Below are positions 1 through 8,678 of a stretch of 45,002 nt of DNA, piece by piece. The stretch is from an uncultured Thermoplasmatales archaeon. Its GTDB lineage: Archaea; Thermoplasmatota; E2; DHVEG-1. The stretch is taken from positions 1 to 45,002 of the forward strand of contig CAZVNH010000002.1 in NCBI GenBank assembly GCA_964628575.1. The letters are read 5' to 3'. Position numbers and translations under genes: made by a program. The notes under the pieces are model-generated. The model worked only from the letters and a program-made list of their open reading frames with translations. It did no database searches and had not been told where the DNA came from. Each line of letters begins with the position of its first letter. Within the stretch, counting starts at the first letter, position 1.

Positions 1-55
1 TATAATAAAACTTAAAACTAATACACCAGATTTTGCGAAATTTGGAGATTCAAAT
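1..55. repeat. Contig-end overlap: bases 1-55 are identical to 44948-45002 (circular closure of the assembly)
   Basis: Both ends read TATAATAAAACTTAAAACTAATACACCAGATTTTGCGAAATTTGGAGATTCAAAT. An ORF passes through the junction in frame. Confidence 0.9.
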
Positions 56-388
56 GAATTAGAATGTGGAGATTTGATTTATAATATTGGAAATTCAAAT
101 GGAGTTTTGGAAAATCATGGTTCTATTGGACGAGTTAGTAAAAATCATTTTATAAGAATGGCTTTAAATGATAATGATTTTATAATGGCTAAACTAAATA
201 TTTATCCTGGATGTTCTGGTGGAGGAGTTTATAGATATAAAGAATTAGTTGGAATTGTTACTGAACGCATGAATGGTTATTCATTTATAATAAGTGAAAA
301 TGAGATTACTAAATTTCTTAAAGAGGTAGAGGATAGATTGTGGTTGCAGAATTGGTTAAACACAAATAATTGGATTAGTAATTATTAA
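2..388 (+). CDS. Trypsin-like (S1 / Trypsin_2-type) serine protease, C-terminal part; continuation of 44640..45002
   Basis: The frame is open from base 2. It contains the catalytic Ser motif PGCSGGGVY. It is in the same frame as 44640..45002 once the 55-bp overlap is collapsed. Confidence 0.8.
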   Translation: MIKLKTNTPDFAKFGDSNELECGDLIYNIGNSNGVLENHGSIGRVSKNHFIRMALNDNDFIMAKLNIYPGCSGGGVYRYKELVGIVTERMNGYSFIISENEITKFLKEVEDRLWLQNWLNTNNWISNY

Positions 389-421
389 TAAATATAATAA
401 ATTAAATAAAAGGAAAATTAA

Positions 422-796
422 ATGGCAGCCGAAGCAAGAACTAAAATATGGTTTGCTTTAACAGGTCTTGGTAGAGAATTGAATTTTAATGATAATGCTG
501 TTACAACTTCTACTCCAACTGCTGCAACATATCATTATGAAGTTTTAACTACAGCAGATACTCCAGAAGCTCTTGATTTAGGTGATGTTAGCACGGTTGA
601 GTTAATTATTATAAGAGCTATAGATTATAATATTGAAATAGATTGTGATTATGTTTCTGCATTTGATGCAGATTTAACAGTAAAAGCTGGAAAAACTCCA
701 GCAGTAATTCCAAATCCTGCTGGAACTGTTTATTGGTCAAGTGTTGAGAGTGATGAAACTCCGGCAGTTGAGTATATTGTAATAGGAACTACTTAA
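422..796 (+). CDS. Hypothetical virion-module protein (124 aa)
   Basis: AGGAAA Shine-Dalgarno upstream of the ATG. Sits in the morphogenesis gene block. TAATG coupling to the next gene. Confidence 0.6.
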   Translation: MAAEARTKIWFALTGLGRELNFNDNAVTTSTPTAATYHYEVLTTADTPEALDLGDVSTVELIIIRAIDYNIEIDCDYVSAFDADLTVKAGKTPAVIPNPAGTVYWSSVESDETPAVEYIVIGTT

Positions 797-1185
797 TGGG
801 TAAAAAGTGGCTAAAATGTAAAGATGAACAAGGCAATCTTTTAATTTTGGATTTGCCATTTGAATATTGGAGAGATAATCTTGAATGGCTTCCAGGTGGG
901 AGAGGAACTGATTGGAAGTTAAAATTAGAAGATGGGACTTATATTTATAATACGACTGAAAGAGAAGATGAAATTTTGAGATTTAGAAATAGTGGATTTA
1001 CAAATATTGGATTTAAAGATAATCCAAGATGGTCTTGGGCAATGGGAGCAAATGTAAAAGATATTCCTAAATTAATGAAAAAATATCCAGATAGAACTTA
1101 TAATCCAAAAACAGGACAATTGTTAGTTAAAAATAGAACTGAAAAGAAAAAATTAATGCGTGAGCATGGGATGGAAGAATATTAA
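796..1185 (+). CDS. Hypothetical protein (129 aa)
   Basis: Stop/start overlap (TAATG) with the upstream ORF. No family recognised. Confidence 0.6.
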   Translation: MGKKWLKCKDEQGNLLILDLPFEYWRDNLEWLPGGRGTDWKLKLEDGTYIYNTTEREDEILRFRNSGFTNIGFKDNPRWSWAMGANVKDIPKLMKKYPDRTYNPKTGQLLVKNRTEKKKLMREHGMEEY

Positions 1186-1205
1186 TTTTAATTGGGAGAT
1201 AGAAA

Positions 1206-1505
1206 ATGCGTTATTCTGAAAAAGTTGCAGAAAAATTTAAATATGAAATTGAATGTCCTAAATGTGGAACTCCTTTTATTCCATCAAAAGATGAAAGGGG
1301 GAAAAGGAAATTTTGTAAAACTTGTCAGCCAATTTTAAGTGATGAAACATTGTGTTCATCTGCTGGATTATCTGAAACTAAACAAAAAGGAAAAAGGAAA
1401 TTTAAGGAAAGAAATTGTGAGGAATGCACAACTGTTTTTACTCCTGAAGCACCAAATCAGAAATTTTGTAAAAAATGTCAAGATAAAAAAGATAAAGGAA
1501 AGTAA
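1206..1505 (+). CDS. Small double zinc-ribbon protein
   Basis: GGGAGA Shine-Dalgarno. Four CxxC dyads: CPKC..CKTC and CEEC..CKKC. Confidence 0.6.
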   Translation: MRYSEKVAEKFKYEIECPKCGTPFIPSKDERGKRKFCKTCQPILSDETLCSSAGLSETKQKGKRKFKERNCEECTTVFTPEAPNQKFCKKCQDKKDKGK

Positions 1506-1804
1506 TGGGAGTTAAATCAAGTCAATTTGGTAAAGAAATGGAGGAAGCTTTAAGTAGAGGAAAAGGGTTTGAAAAAGCTTTTGAAACTGCTTCTAAAAAA
1601 TCTAAAGTTAAAAAACTTAAAGCAAAGAAATCTAAAGCTAAGAAATCTAAAAAAATAAAAATTAATAAAAAAGAAACGAATTGGTTAAGAAGAAAGTTGG
1701 CTGAGTTGTATTATGGTGAAAATATGCCAATTAGTGAAAAACAAAAACTTTTGCGTAAGAAATTTGAAAATAAAATGAAGCTGTATAAAAAGAAAAATAG
1801 TTAG
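1505..1804 (+). CDS. Lysine-rich basic protein (99 aa)
   Basis: TAATG coupling to the upstream ORF. Contains a KKLKAKKSKAKKSKK tract. It is one of the few genes ending in TAG. Confidence 0.55.
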   Translation: MGVKSSQFGKEMEEALSRGKGFEKAFETASKKSKVKKLKAKKSKAKKSKKIKINKKETNWLRRKLAELYYGENMPISEKQKLLRKKFENKMKLYKKKNS

Positions 1805-1817
1805 GAGATAGAATAAA

Positions 1818-2888
1818 ATGGCAGAAGAAAAAAGTGAATTAAATGTTAGTCCTGAAAAGCCAAGCGGAGATTCTGACACTTTTTCTGATAACAAATCAGA
1901 TAGAGAGGAAGCTATTAACGAAATAGGTTCTGCAGTCAGAGAAACGCTTGGAAAACAAGGAACTGAATCTGTAGATGAAAAGAAAGATATAGATGATACT
2001 ACAGATGTTGATAATGAATTGAAAGATAAATCTGATTCTGATGTAGAAACGTCTGAGCTTGAGGGCAAAGAGGACGATAAATCAGATGATGAATATGAAG
2101 AAATTCCTGAATATCTTGTTAGTGCTGGAAGATATTTTGGAAAATCTGATGAAGAGATAATATCTCTTGCTGAAGATGAACCTCAGATTTTAGAGGATAT
2201 GGCTCGATTGGTGGAAGAAAAAATTCTTAATCCATTGCAGTCGAGACAAGTTTCTAAAATTAAATCTGAGGAAAAGGATAAAACTGGAAAGGAATCTAAA
2301 AAATCTTCCTTTAAGTTAGATGATGAATTATTATCTAAACTTGCAGAAGATGAAGATATGTCAGAAGTTATAGAAAAAGTTATTAAACCATTAACAAATG
2401 AGTTAAATAGGGTTAATGATGAGCTTGGTTCTTTAAAAGGAGATGTTAAAAATATTGGAACATCTTCTCAAGAAGATATAACTTTATCAAATGTTTCTAT
2501 AGCTAATGATTTGTTTGATGAAGCTTTTGGAAAATTTCCAGAACTCGGAAAAACTGACGAATTACCAAAATATTCTGATGGTTCTTATGTTCAAATAAGT
2601 GAACCATTTAGATTAAGGGGCAAAATTTTTGATATAGCTTCTGCTATTCAAGGTCAGTTTGATTGTGATTTTGGAACTGCTGTTCAAGAAGCTTTAAAAT
2701 GGTATGCTGGAGGTAAATCTGGAAAATCAGCAGATGAACTTCTTGGTGAGATAAAGTCTAAGGAAAAGAAACTTTCACCAAAACGCTCTCGAAAGAAAGT
2801 TGTTAAAAAATATGCTTCTGAGCAAGAAGAAAAGGGTGATATAGTCAGACAAGCTTATAAAGATGCTGGTGTAAAACCTCCAGAATAA
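1818..2888 (+). CDS. Putative scaffolding protein (acidic, 356 aa)
   Basis: Highly acidic, low-complexity, helical-looking sequence immediately upstream of the capsid candidate. GGAGA Shine-Dalgarno. Confidence 0.45.
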   Translation: MAEEKSELNVSPEKPSGDSDTFSDNKSDREEAINEIGSAVRETLGKQGTESVDEKKDIDDTTDVDNELKDKSDSDVETSELEGKEDDKSDDEYEEIPEYLVSAGRYFGKSDEEIISLAEDEPQILEDMARLVEEKILNPLQSRQVSKIKSEEKDKTGKESKKSSFKLDDELLSKLAEDEDMSEVIEKVIKPLTNELNRVNDELGSLKGDVKNIGTSSQEDITLSNVSIANDLFDEAFGKFPELGKTDELPKYSDGSYVQISEPFRLRGKIFDIASAIQGQFDCDFGTAVQEALKWYAGGKSGKSADELLGEIKSKEKKLSPKRSRKKVVKKYASEQEEKGDIVRQAYKDAGVKPPE

Positions 2889-2927
2889 TTTTAATTGTTT
2901 ATTAATTTGTAATAAGGAGTAAATGAA

Positions 2928-4001
2928 GTGGAAACAATTACTATAGACCAAGCCAGAGATATTTTACAAGCTACTTTGCAAGCAATTCTCAAAAAGAGAA
3001 TTCTTATGACTTATGTTTATACTTCTTATAATCTGTTTAATTCTTTATGGCAGGATAGAAGTAAAATTCAAGGTGGCGATAAAATAGAGGCTTATATTAC
3101 TCTTGAAGATGAAGGAAATTTCAAACATCGTGGTAATTGGGAAGAAGATACTCATAATGTAGAGAATACTGACCACACTATTACGGTGGATTGGAAAACC
3201 GCTTCGAGTAATTTTTCTTATAATGTTGTTGAAATGTCAATGAATCGTGGTGCTGCTCAGATTTATGACAAAATAAACAGCAAAATGAGTAACACTTTAC
3301 GAGAATTAGTAGATGGCATTTATGCTGCTGCTCCGTCTACTCCAACAAGTTCAACTGATAATGTTCGTCCATTTGGATTATCAGGTTGGTTTCCTTTAGG
3401 AACTGATAATTCTACTGGAAGTTGGAATGCAACAACTGCTGATTATGGAGATGGTAATACGTTTAATCCTGGTGGAATAAATGCTTCAACTTATCCACGT
3501 TGGAAATCATATTATGCAGACCATAATGGAGATTTGGATGATAGTTTGCTTGTTCTTTTGGATAGAGCAACTCGTAAATTGAATTTTGAAGGCCCATTAT
3601 TCCCGAAAGCTTTGGATGATACTGGTCGTGGTGGAGGTAAATTTACTTTATATTCCAATGATAATGTTATTGGAAGTTTAAATTTATTGTATGCTAAATC
3701 AGATGACCAAATGGGTTATAGAGTTGGTTCTCATTTTGGCAGACCCCCATTTAAAGGTATGGTATTTCAGTATTGTAGTATTCTTGATAGTGCTGATACT
3801 ACCCGATATGGGACTGACCCAATTTTCGGAATCAATCATGAACTCACTTATCCAGTAATTTTGAATGAGTGGGATTTCAAAGTAGGTAAACCAAGACAAA
3901 GAGACCAACAGCACTTAGTGCTTACGGTTGATATTGATTTGGTTTATGGTTATATCTGCGAATCACGGCAGTTCGGCGGTTTTCTAATTAGCCAGCAATA
4001 A
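2928..4001 (+). CDS. Putative major capsid protein (357 aa, GTG start)
   Basis: AAGGAG Shine-Dalgarno 7 nt before the GTG. Size and position directly after the scaffold-like gene fit a capsid protein. No motif-level identification. Confidence 0.5.
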   Translation: METITIDQARDILQATLQAILKKRILMTYVYTSYNLFNSLWQDRSKIQGGDKIEAYITLEDEGNFKHRGNWEEDTHNVENTDHTITVDWKTASSNFSYNVVEMSMNRGAAQIYDKINSKMSNTLRELVDGIYAAAPSTPTSSTDNVRPFGLSGWFPLGTDNSTGSWNATTADYGDGNTFNPGGINASTYPRWKSYYADHNGDLDDSLLVLLDRATRKLNFEGPLFPKALDDTGRGGGKFTLYSNDNVIGSLNLLYAKSDDQMGYRVGSHFGRPPFKGMVFQYCSILDSADTTRYGTDPIFGINHELTYPVILNEWDFKVGKPRQRDQQHLVLTVDIDLVYGYICESRQFGGFLISQQ

Positions 4002-4017
4002 AGGATTTATGTAAATT

Positions 4018-4446
4018 ATGAATACAAGAACTTGTAAAGTATGTAATCAAGAAAAACAGTTAAAAGGTTTTTATAAATCTAAAACTTTCAGAGATGGTTA
4101 TACTCCAACTTGCAAAAAGTGTATTGTGAGACGTAATGCTGTTAATAGAAAAGGAAAGGAAAGAAGGCCTGATACTTTATCTAAAACAGCAAAACGAATT
4201 GGAAAGTATGATAAAGATTATTTGGCTGATTGGTATAACAAACAATTTAAAAAACAGAAAGGATGTTGTGCTATTTGTGGTATTCATCAATCAGAATTAG
4301 GAAAAGCTTTATCGATTGACCATGACCATAATACAAAAGAGCTTAGAGGATTACTTTGCAATTCTTGTAATATAGGAATTGGCTATTTAAGACACGATGC
4401 TGAATTGTGTGTTAAAGCATATAACTATTTAAGAATAGGAGATTGA
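4018..4446 (+). CDS. HNH homing endonuclease (endonuclease VII-type), copy 1
   Basis: FKKQKGCCAICG..DHDHNTKELRGLLCNSCN motif. Paralogous to 6917..7318 and 19649..20077. Confidence 0.85.
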   Translation: MNTRTCKVCNQEKQLKGFYKSKTFRDGYTPTCKKCIVRRNAVNRKGKERRPDTLSKTAKRIGKYDKDYLADWYNKQFKKQKGCCAICGIHQSELGKALSIDHDHNTKELRGLLCNSCNIGIGYLRHDAELCVKAYNYLRIGD

Positions 4447-4548
4447 AATAAACGTGAGAACGGTCTGGATAGACTAAGTCTCAGAATCTGGGCCAGAGGA
4501 AAAACGTAACTCTGGCCTAAACGTAACTTTTATTTATAGGAGTAAAAA
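4447..4548 (+). other. Structured, GC-enriched intergenic element with an AAACGTAAC repeat
   Basis: 8-bp hairpin GGCCAGAG (4491-4498) / CTCTGGCC (4510-4517). Small GTCT/AGAC hairpins at 4464-4481. AAACGTAAC occurs at 4502 and 4519, with AAACGTGA at 4450. Confidence 0.4.
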
Positions 4549-5679
4549 ATGAGTAATGTTAGTTTTGGAACGAATGTAAGCGTTCAAAAGAAAAGAGTAA
4601 AGTTTATAAATACTAACTCAAGTGCAGAAGTAATTCTTTATGAGGGTATGCCATTTTGTTATCAGTTTGATACAACTACTAATATTCTTGGTTATGATAA
4701 AGAAAATGCTGTAGCAGGTGCTACAACTGCTGAAGGTTATTTGAATGAAGGTAAATTTCTTATTGTTGACCTTCCTGATGATGATAATATTCATGCTTTT
4801 GCTGGAGTTCTTGCTTCTGGAAGTTATGCTGGTCAAGCTGTGGCAGATGATGGAGAAATTTGGATTGATATTTATGAACCAAATGGAGCTATTGTTCCAG
4901 TTAGGGCTGACCAAAATTGCACTGTTGGTAGAACTGTTCTTTGTATTCATAATGCTGAACAACATTTAACTGGCCCTTATTCAAGTGCTGCTCGCCCTGT
5001 TGCTATTGCTTGGGAAACTAACAGCGATATTGATGGAGATGCTGGTCTTATTCTTGCTAAATTAGACCCAAATTTATTTTTATGGCAAGTTGGTGATGGA
5101 AATAGATTACTTATTGATGACCAAGATGATGCTCAGGATTTTATTGTTAATAGAATTAATGTAGAATCTGTTCAAACAAGTGGTAGATTTACTGCTCTTG
5201 ATATTACTGCTAAAGTATCTGGTGGTGGTGGATGCCATGCTTGGGGTTATGGAATTGGGCTTCAGGTTGAAGCTACTGTTGATGCGACTATTGCTTCTCA
5301 TTGTGTGGGAACTGGACTTTGGTTGAATTTTACTGATGGAACACCATCTGAGAATATAACTGCTTGTCAGATTGGTTTAATGTCAAGTGGTGATGTAACT
5401 ATGACAAGTGCTGGCAGAACTTCAGCTTTGACTTTGACTTTACAAATTACAAATGATGTTACAGCTAACAGTCTTGGTTGGTTATTTCTTGAACAGAATG
5501 GAACGCAGCAACCAGATGACCTTATTTTAGGTTCTAATTTGGCAAGTTTGCCTGCTGTCATAATGACAACGGCTGATAGAGCAATAGGAACTAATAATGG
5601 TGATTATGCTATTAAAGTTTATCTTGCTAATCAAGCAGGAACTCAGCAATGGTATATACCACTTATGTCGTCTCTGTAA
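4549..5679 (+). CDS. Abundant virion structural protein candidate (376 aa; capsid, decoration or tail component)
   Basis: AGGAG Shine-Dalgarno. Gly/Ala/Thr-rich sequence. Flanked by a structured leader and a strong intrinsic terminator, which suggests high expression. Confidence 0.6.
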   Translation: MSNVSFGTNVSVQKKRVKFINTNSSAEVILYEGMPFCYQFDTTTNILGYDKENAVAGATTAEGYLNEGKFLIVDLPDDDNIHAFAGVLASGSYAGQAVADDGEIWIDIYEPNGAIVPVRADQNCTVGRTVLCIHNAEQHLTGPYSSAARPVAIAWETNSDIDGDAGLILAKLDPNLFLWQVGDGNRLLIDDQDDAQDFIVNRINVESVQTSGRFTALDITAKVSGGGGCHAWGYGIGLQVEATVDATIASHCVGTGLWLNFTDGTPSENITACQIGLMSSGDVTMTSAGRTSALTLTLQITNDVTANSLGWLFLEQNGTQQPDDLILGSNLASLPAVIMTTADRAIGTNNGDYAIKVYLANQAGTQQWYIPLMSSL

Positions 5680-5693
5680 AATTTAATGGCTTT

Positions 5694-5724
5694 AGCCGTG
5701 TGCCAGAAAACACGGCTTTTTATT
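5694..5724 (+). terminator. Rho-independent terminator
   Basis: AGCCGTGT (5694-5701) pairs with ACACGGCT (5710-5717), followed by TTTTTATT. Confidence 0.8.
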
Positions 5725-5739
5725 AAAATCTTATAGGAG

Positions 5740-6048
5740 ATGGAAATTATGAAAGTAGATGTTGCACAAGTATTAAAAAATATTACTGGTCAACCTATGA
5801 AGGATACAGATGCTAATGGGGAAGCTACTGACGCTACTTTAAAATTAGCTATAGTTAATGCTTTACTTAGTCCAGTTCAGAAGGAAACTGGTATTGATAA
5901 AGTTAAAAAGTATGAATTAGCTAAAAAAGTTTACCAAAATGATGAAGTAGATTTAAATGAAGATGAAATAAAACTTATTAAAGATAGAGTTGGTGAGGTT
6001 TTTCCTCCTTTAGTTGTTGGTCAAATCTACGAAATTTTAAAAGTTTAA
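5740..6048 (+). CDS. Hypothetical protein (102 aa)
   Basis: AGGAGA Shine-Dalgarno. Compact ORF in the late block. Confidence 0.6.
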   Translation: MEIMKVDVAQVLKNITGQPMKDTDANGEATDATLKLAIVNALLSPVQKETGIDKVKKYELAKKVYQNDEVDLNEDEIKLIKDRVGEVFPPLVVGQIYEILKV

Positions 6049-6056
6049 TTTATAAA

Positions 6057-6142
6057 CGGAGGCAGGTTTATATATAAAGGAGATGGTTTCTGTCTCCGAG
6101 GCAGCTTAGGGCTGACGAAAGTTGGCCCTTACTGTCTTTATT
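6057..6142 (+). terminator. Tandem GC hairpins; the second is an intrinsic terminator
   Basis: CGGAGGCAG (6057-6065) pairs with CTGTCTCCG (6090-6098). GGCAG..AGGGC (6100-6112) pairs with GCCCT..CTGTC (6125-6136), followed by TTTATT. Confidence 0.55.
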
Positions 6143-6161
6143 AAAAATAAGGAGTTGAAAA

Positions 6162-6920
6162 TTGGCATCACTTCAATTAAATTTTTCCGATGTATATAAT
6201 CGTGTATCAAGTTTTCTTGGTTGGGGAAGTTCCCCGTCTGGCACAAATTTAACAAACGCTAAAAATATAGTTTATCGTGGTTATATAAATTTTTTAAATC
6301 CTGTAATTGAGCTTGCTGGAAAGAGAAAAAAATATCTTTGGAGTTTTCTTATTAAATATGGTGAATTGGTTACAAAGGATGACCAATGGGTTTATGAGCT
6401 TCCTTCTGATTATGAAAATGTGGATATTTGGTTTGAACATGATGAAGATAGTGGTTATCCAAGAATAAAGAAAATTGACCCACAAATGTTGTTAAGGAAA
6501 AGGTCAAATTGCAGTTCTTCAAGTTATCCAACTTTTTGTGCTATAAGAGCAGGGAGATATGATAAATCTGCTGGTCAAATATATGAAGTTATGTTTTTTG
6601 AAACTCCAAATCAAGCATATAATATTCCATATTATTATGTAATATCTCCACCAAAACCAGAGGATTCTACAGATGTTTTTATTGGTGGAGTTTTTGCATC
6701 TGAAGTAATTATGGAATGTGCTTTAGCTTTAGCTGAACAAGAATATGATGATATTATTGGACATCATACTGCTCTTGTTAAAGAAAAAATTGCAAATTTG
6801 ATAGAAATGGATAGAGGCCACATTCCTGAAACTGTTGGTAAAATAACTGACGGTAATATAAGAGTTATTAGTTTTGCAAGACCATTAAATACAATTAGTG
6901 AGGATACCATTTACACATGA
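6162..6920 (+). CDS. Virion structural protein (possible head-tail adaptor; TTG start)
   Basis: AAGGAG Shine-Dalgarno before the TTG. 252 aa. The role is guessed from position only. Confidence 0.55.
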   Translation: MASLQLNFSDVYNRVSSFLGWGSSPSGTNLTNAKNIVYRGYINFLNPVIELAGKRKKYLWSFLIKYGELVTKDDQWVYELPSDYENVDIWFEHDEDSGYPRIKKIDPQMLLRKRSNCSSSSYPTFCAIRAGRYDKSAGQIYEVMFFETPNQAYNIPYYYVISPPKPEDSTDVFIGGVFASEVIMECALALAEQEYDDIIGHHTALVKEKIANLIEMDRGHIPETVGKITDGNIRVISFARPLNTISEDTIYT

Positions 6921-7318
6921 TAAAAACTAAAGTTTGTTCTAAATGTAAAAAGAGAAAATTTTTATCTAAATTTGCCAAACAAAAAGCTGGTAAATATGGT
7001 GTTACTCGTATATGTAAAGAATGTTGTAAAAAGTATCAAAAAAAGCAAAGGAAGCGAAATCCTGTTCCAGATATGAAATATAATTTAGGTAAAAAATTTG
7101 GAATTACACCAAATGATTATTTTAAATTATTTAAAAAACAAAAAGGCAAATGTGCTATTTGTGGTAAACATCAAATTAATTTTAATCGAAGATTAGCTGT
7201 TGACCACAATCATAAAACAAATGAAATTAGAGGACTTCTTTGTGTAAATTGTAATAGTAAGTTAGGTTGGTTTGAAAAAAGAAAAAATAAAATTTTAGAT
7301 TATTTAAAGGAGCGTTAA
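6917..7318 (+). CDS. HNH homing endonuclease (endonuclease VII-type), copy 2
   Basis: FKKQKGKCAICG..DHNHKTNEIRGLLCVNCN motif. ATGA overlap with the upstream gene. Confidence 0.85.
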   Translation: MIKTKVCSKCKKRKFLSKFAKQKAGKYGVTRICKECCKKYQKKQRKRNPVPDMKYNLGKKFGITPNDYFKLFKKQKGKCAICGKHQINFNRRLAVDHNHKTNEIRGLLCVNCNSKLGWFEKRKNKILDYLKER

Positions 7319-7319
7319 T

Positions 7320-7631
7320 ATGTCAATGGGAAACATAAATTTTGAATTGCAAAAAGGAACAAACATGCTTATTGGTTCTGCTTCAAGAAGTTCTGCTGAA
7401 ATTGGTGATGGTGCTGATGAACAAGTAGAAGTTGCTGTTACTGGAGCGGAACTTGGTGATTATGTTTTGGCTGTTAGTTATAGTATTGATGCAGCTAATA
7501 TTACTTTAACTGGTGATGTTACTGAAGATGATGTTGTAACCGTGAATTTTATCAATTGCACAGGTGCAGCAATTACTCTTGGTGCTGGAACAGTTAGAGT
7601 TCTTGTAGCAAAAAGATATACTGACCTTTAA
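7320..7631 (+). CDS. Hypothetical small structural protein (103 aa)
   Basis: Compact ORF in the late block. No family recognised. Confidence 0.6.
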   Translation: MSMGNINFELQKGTNMLIGSASRSSAEIGDGADEQVEVAVTGAELGDYVLAVSYSIDAANITLTGDVTEDDVVTVNFINCTGAAITLGAGTVRVLVAKRYTDL

Positions 7632-7643
7632 TGGGAGCTTATA

Positions 7644-7964
7644 ATGAGTAAATATAAAAACACACGGTTGGATATTGTTCCAGGTCAAGGCGGTTCTGTT
7701 CGTGTAACTATTGATGATAATGTTGGACAAGGAAATGATGGAGATAGTTTACCTTGTAAGAAATGTTGGATTATTGCAGATAGTTCAAATACTGGAAATG
7801 TTCGTGTTACTATAGGAACTGATTGCACAGCTACAACTGGAATTCCTGTCCCTGAATTTGGAACAAATCATTTTATCTTGGAAATTGAAATAGATGATGT
7901 ATCAAGTCTTTATTTCTATGACTCTGTTGATGATGATATTGTAGATATTCTTTATCGTGAATAA
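7644..7964 (+). CDS. Hypothetical small structural protein (106 aa)
   Basis: GGGAG Shine-Dalgarno. No family recognised. Confidence 0.6.
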   Translation: MSKYKNTRLDIVPGQGGSVRVTIDDNVGQGNDGDSLPCKKCWIIADSSNTGNVRVTIGTDCTATTGIPVPEFGTNHFILEIEIDDVSSLYFYDSVDDDIVDILYRE

Positions 7965-7985
7965 AAGGTATTTAAATTAAATATT

Positions 7986-8276
7986 ATGGCTAATGAAAAT
8001 CAAAATAGTGATTTTGCAAAAAAGGGCGATATTTTAGAATTGAGATTGTATTTTCCAATAAAGGGATTTAACAGAGCTACATCTTATGTTGACCAACAGT
8101 TAATAACTACTCCATTATGTAGTAATATTAGGTTAGTGGATGTAGCAGAAGAGAGGTCAAGGGGTGGGCAAAGACCAGGATTGGATAAAGCATATACAAC
8201 ACAAGTAAGTGGTGCAAGCCATCCAGTATTGGTTATGACCTCTATTGTTTCAACTTATCTTGAAGCGGAGACTTAA
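7986..8276 (+). CDS. Hypothetical protein (96 aa)
   Basis: ORF in the late block. No clear Shine-Dalgarno. Confidence 0.5.
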   Translation: MANENQNSDFAKKGDILELRLYFPIKGFNRATSYVDQQLITTPLCSNIRLVDVAEERSRGGQRPGLDKAYTTQVSGASHPVLVMTSIVSTYLEAET

Positions 8277-8277
8277 T

Positions 8278-8673
8278 ATGGGTAGTTTTTCAAATTATCT
8301 TGAGAATAAAGTTCTTGACCACGTTACAGGTAAATCGTCCTATACAGCACCTACTGTTTATGTTGCATTATCTACAGCAGACCCAACAGAGGATGGAAGT
8401 GGTGTAGCTGAACCATCTGGGAATAATTATGCAAGAGTAGAAACTTCATCAGCTACTTGGAATTCTGCATCATCTGGTGCAACAAGTAATGCTAATGCAA
8501 TCACATTTCCAGTAGCATTAGGTTCTTGGGGAACGATAACACATTTTGTTTTATATGATGCTGCTTCAGGAGGCAATATGCTTGCTTATGGTTCTTTGGC
8601 TTCTTCACAAAGCGTCTCTGCTGATGAGAGACCAAAATTTGCCTCAGGGGAGTTGGATATTACTTTGGATTAA
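8278..8673 (+). CDS. Conserved phage tail/fibre-associated protein (131 aa)
   Basis: The start is taken at ATG 8278 (GGAGA Shine-Dalgarno), not the upstream track start. The N-terminal pattern NYLENKVLDH..VYVALST.DP..DG.G..EP..NNYARV resembles a widespread phage tail-associated family, recalled from memory. Confidence 0.6.
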   Translation: MGSFSNYLENKVLDHVTGKSSYTAPTVYVALSTADPTEDGSGVAEPSGNNYARVETSSATWNSASSGATSNANAITFPVALGSWGTITHFVLYDAASGGNMLAYGSLASSQSVSADERPKFASGELDITLD

Positions 8674-8678
8674 AAATT

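Noticed and set aside
1685-2068. Antisense or alternate-frame track ORFs inside well-supported genes. Examples: 1685..2068(-), 3699..3914(-), 4618..4965(-), 4745..4969(+), 5107..5301(-), 5367..5561(-), 6294..6485(-), 7506..7730(-), 8903..9091(-), 9397..9832(-), 9875..10114(-), 10460..10765(-), 11336..11795(-), 11821..12063(-), 14156..14386(-), 17389..17574(-).
   Set aside because: They are low-complexity, Ser/Leu/Ile-rich translations typical of the reverse strand of AT-rich coding DNA. They lack Shine-Dalgarno sites and overlap long ORFs that have recognisable motifs or operon coupling.
7320-7964. 7320..7631 and 7644..7964 lie in the same frame separated by a single TAA, which could suggest read-through.
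   Set aside because: The 12-nt spacer contains a GGGAG Shine-Dalgarno correctly placed for ATG 7644. A shared frame is expected by chance one time in three.
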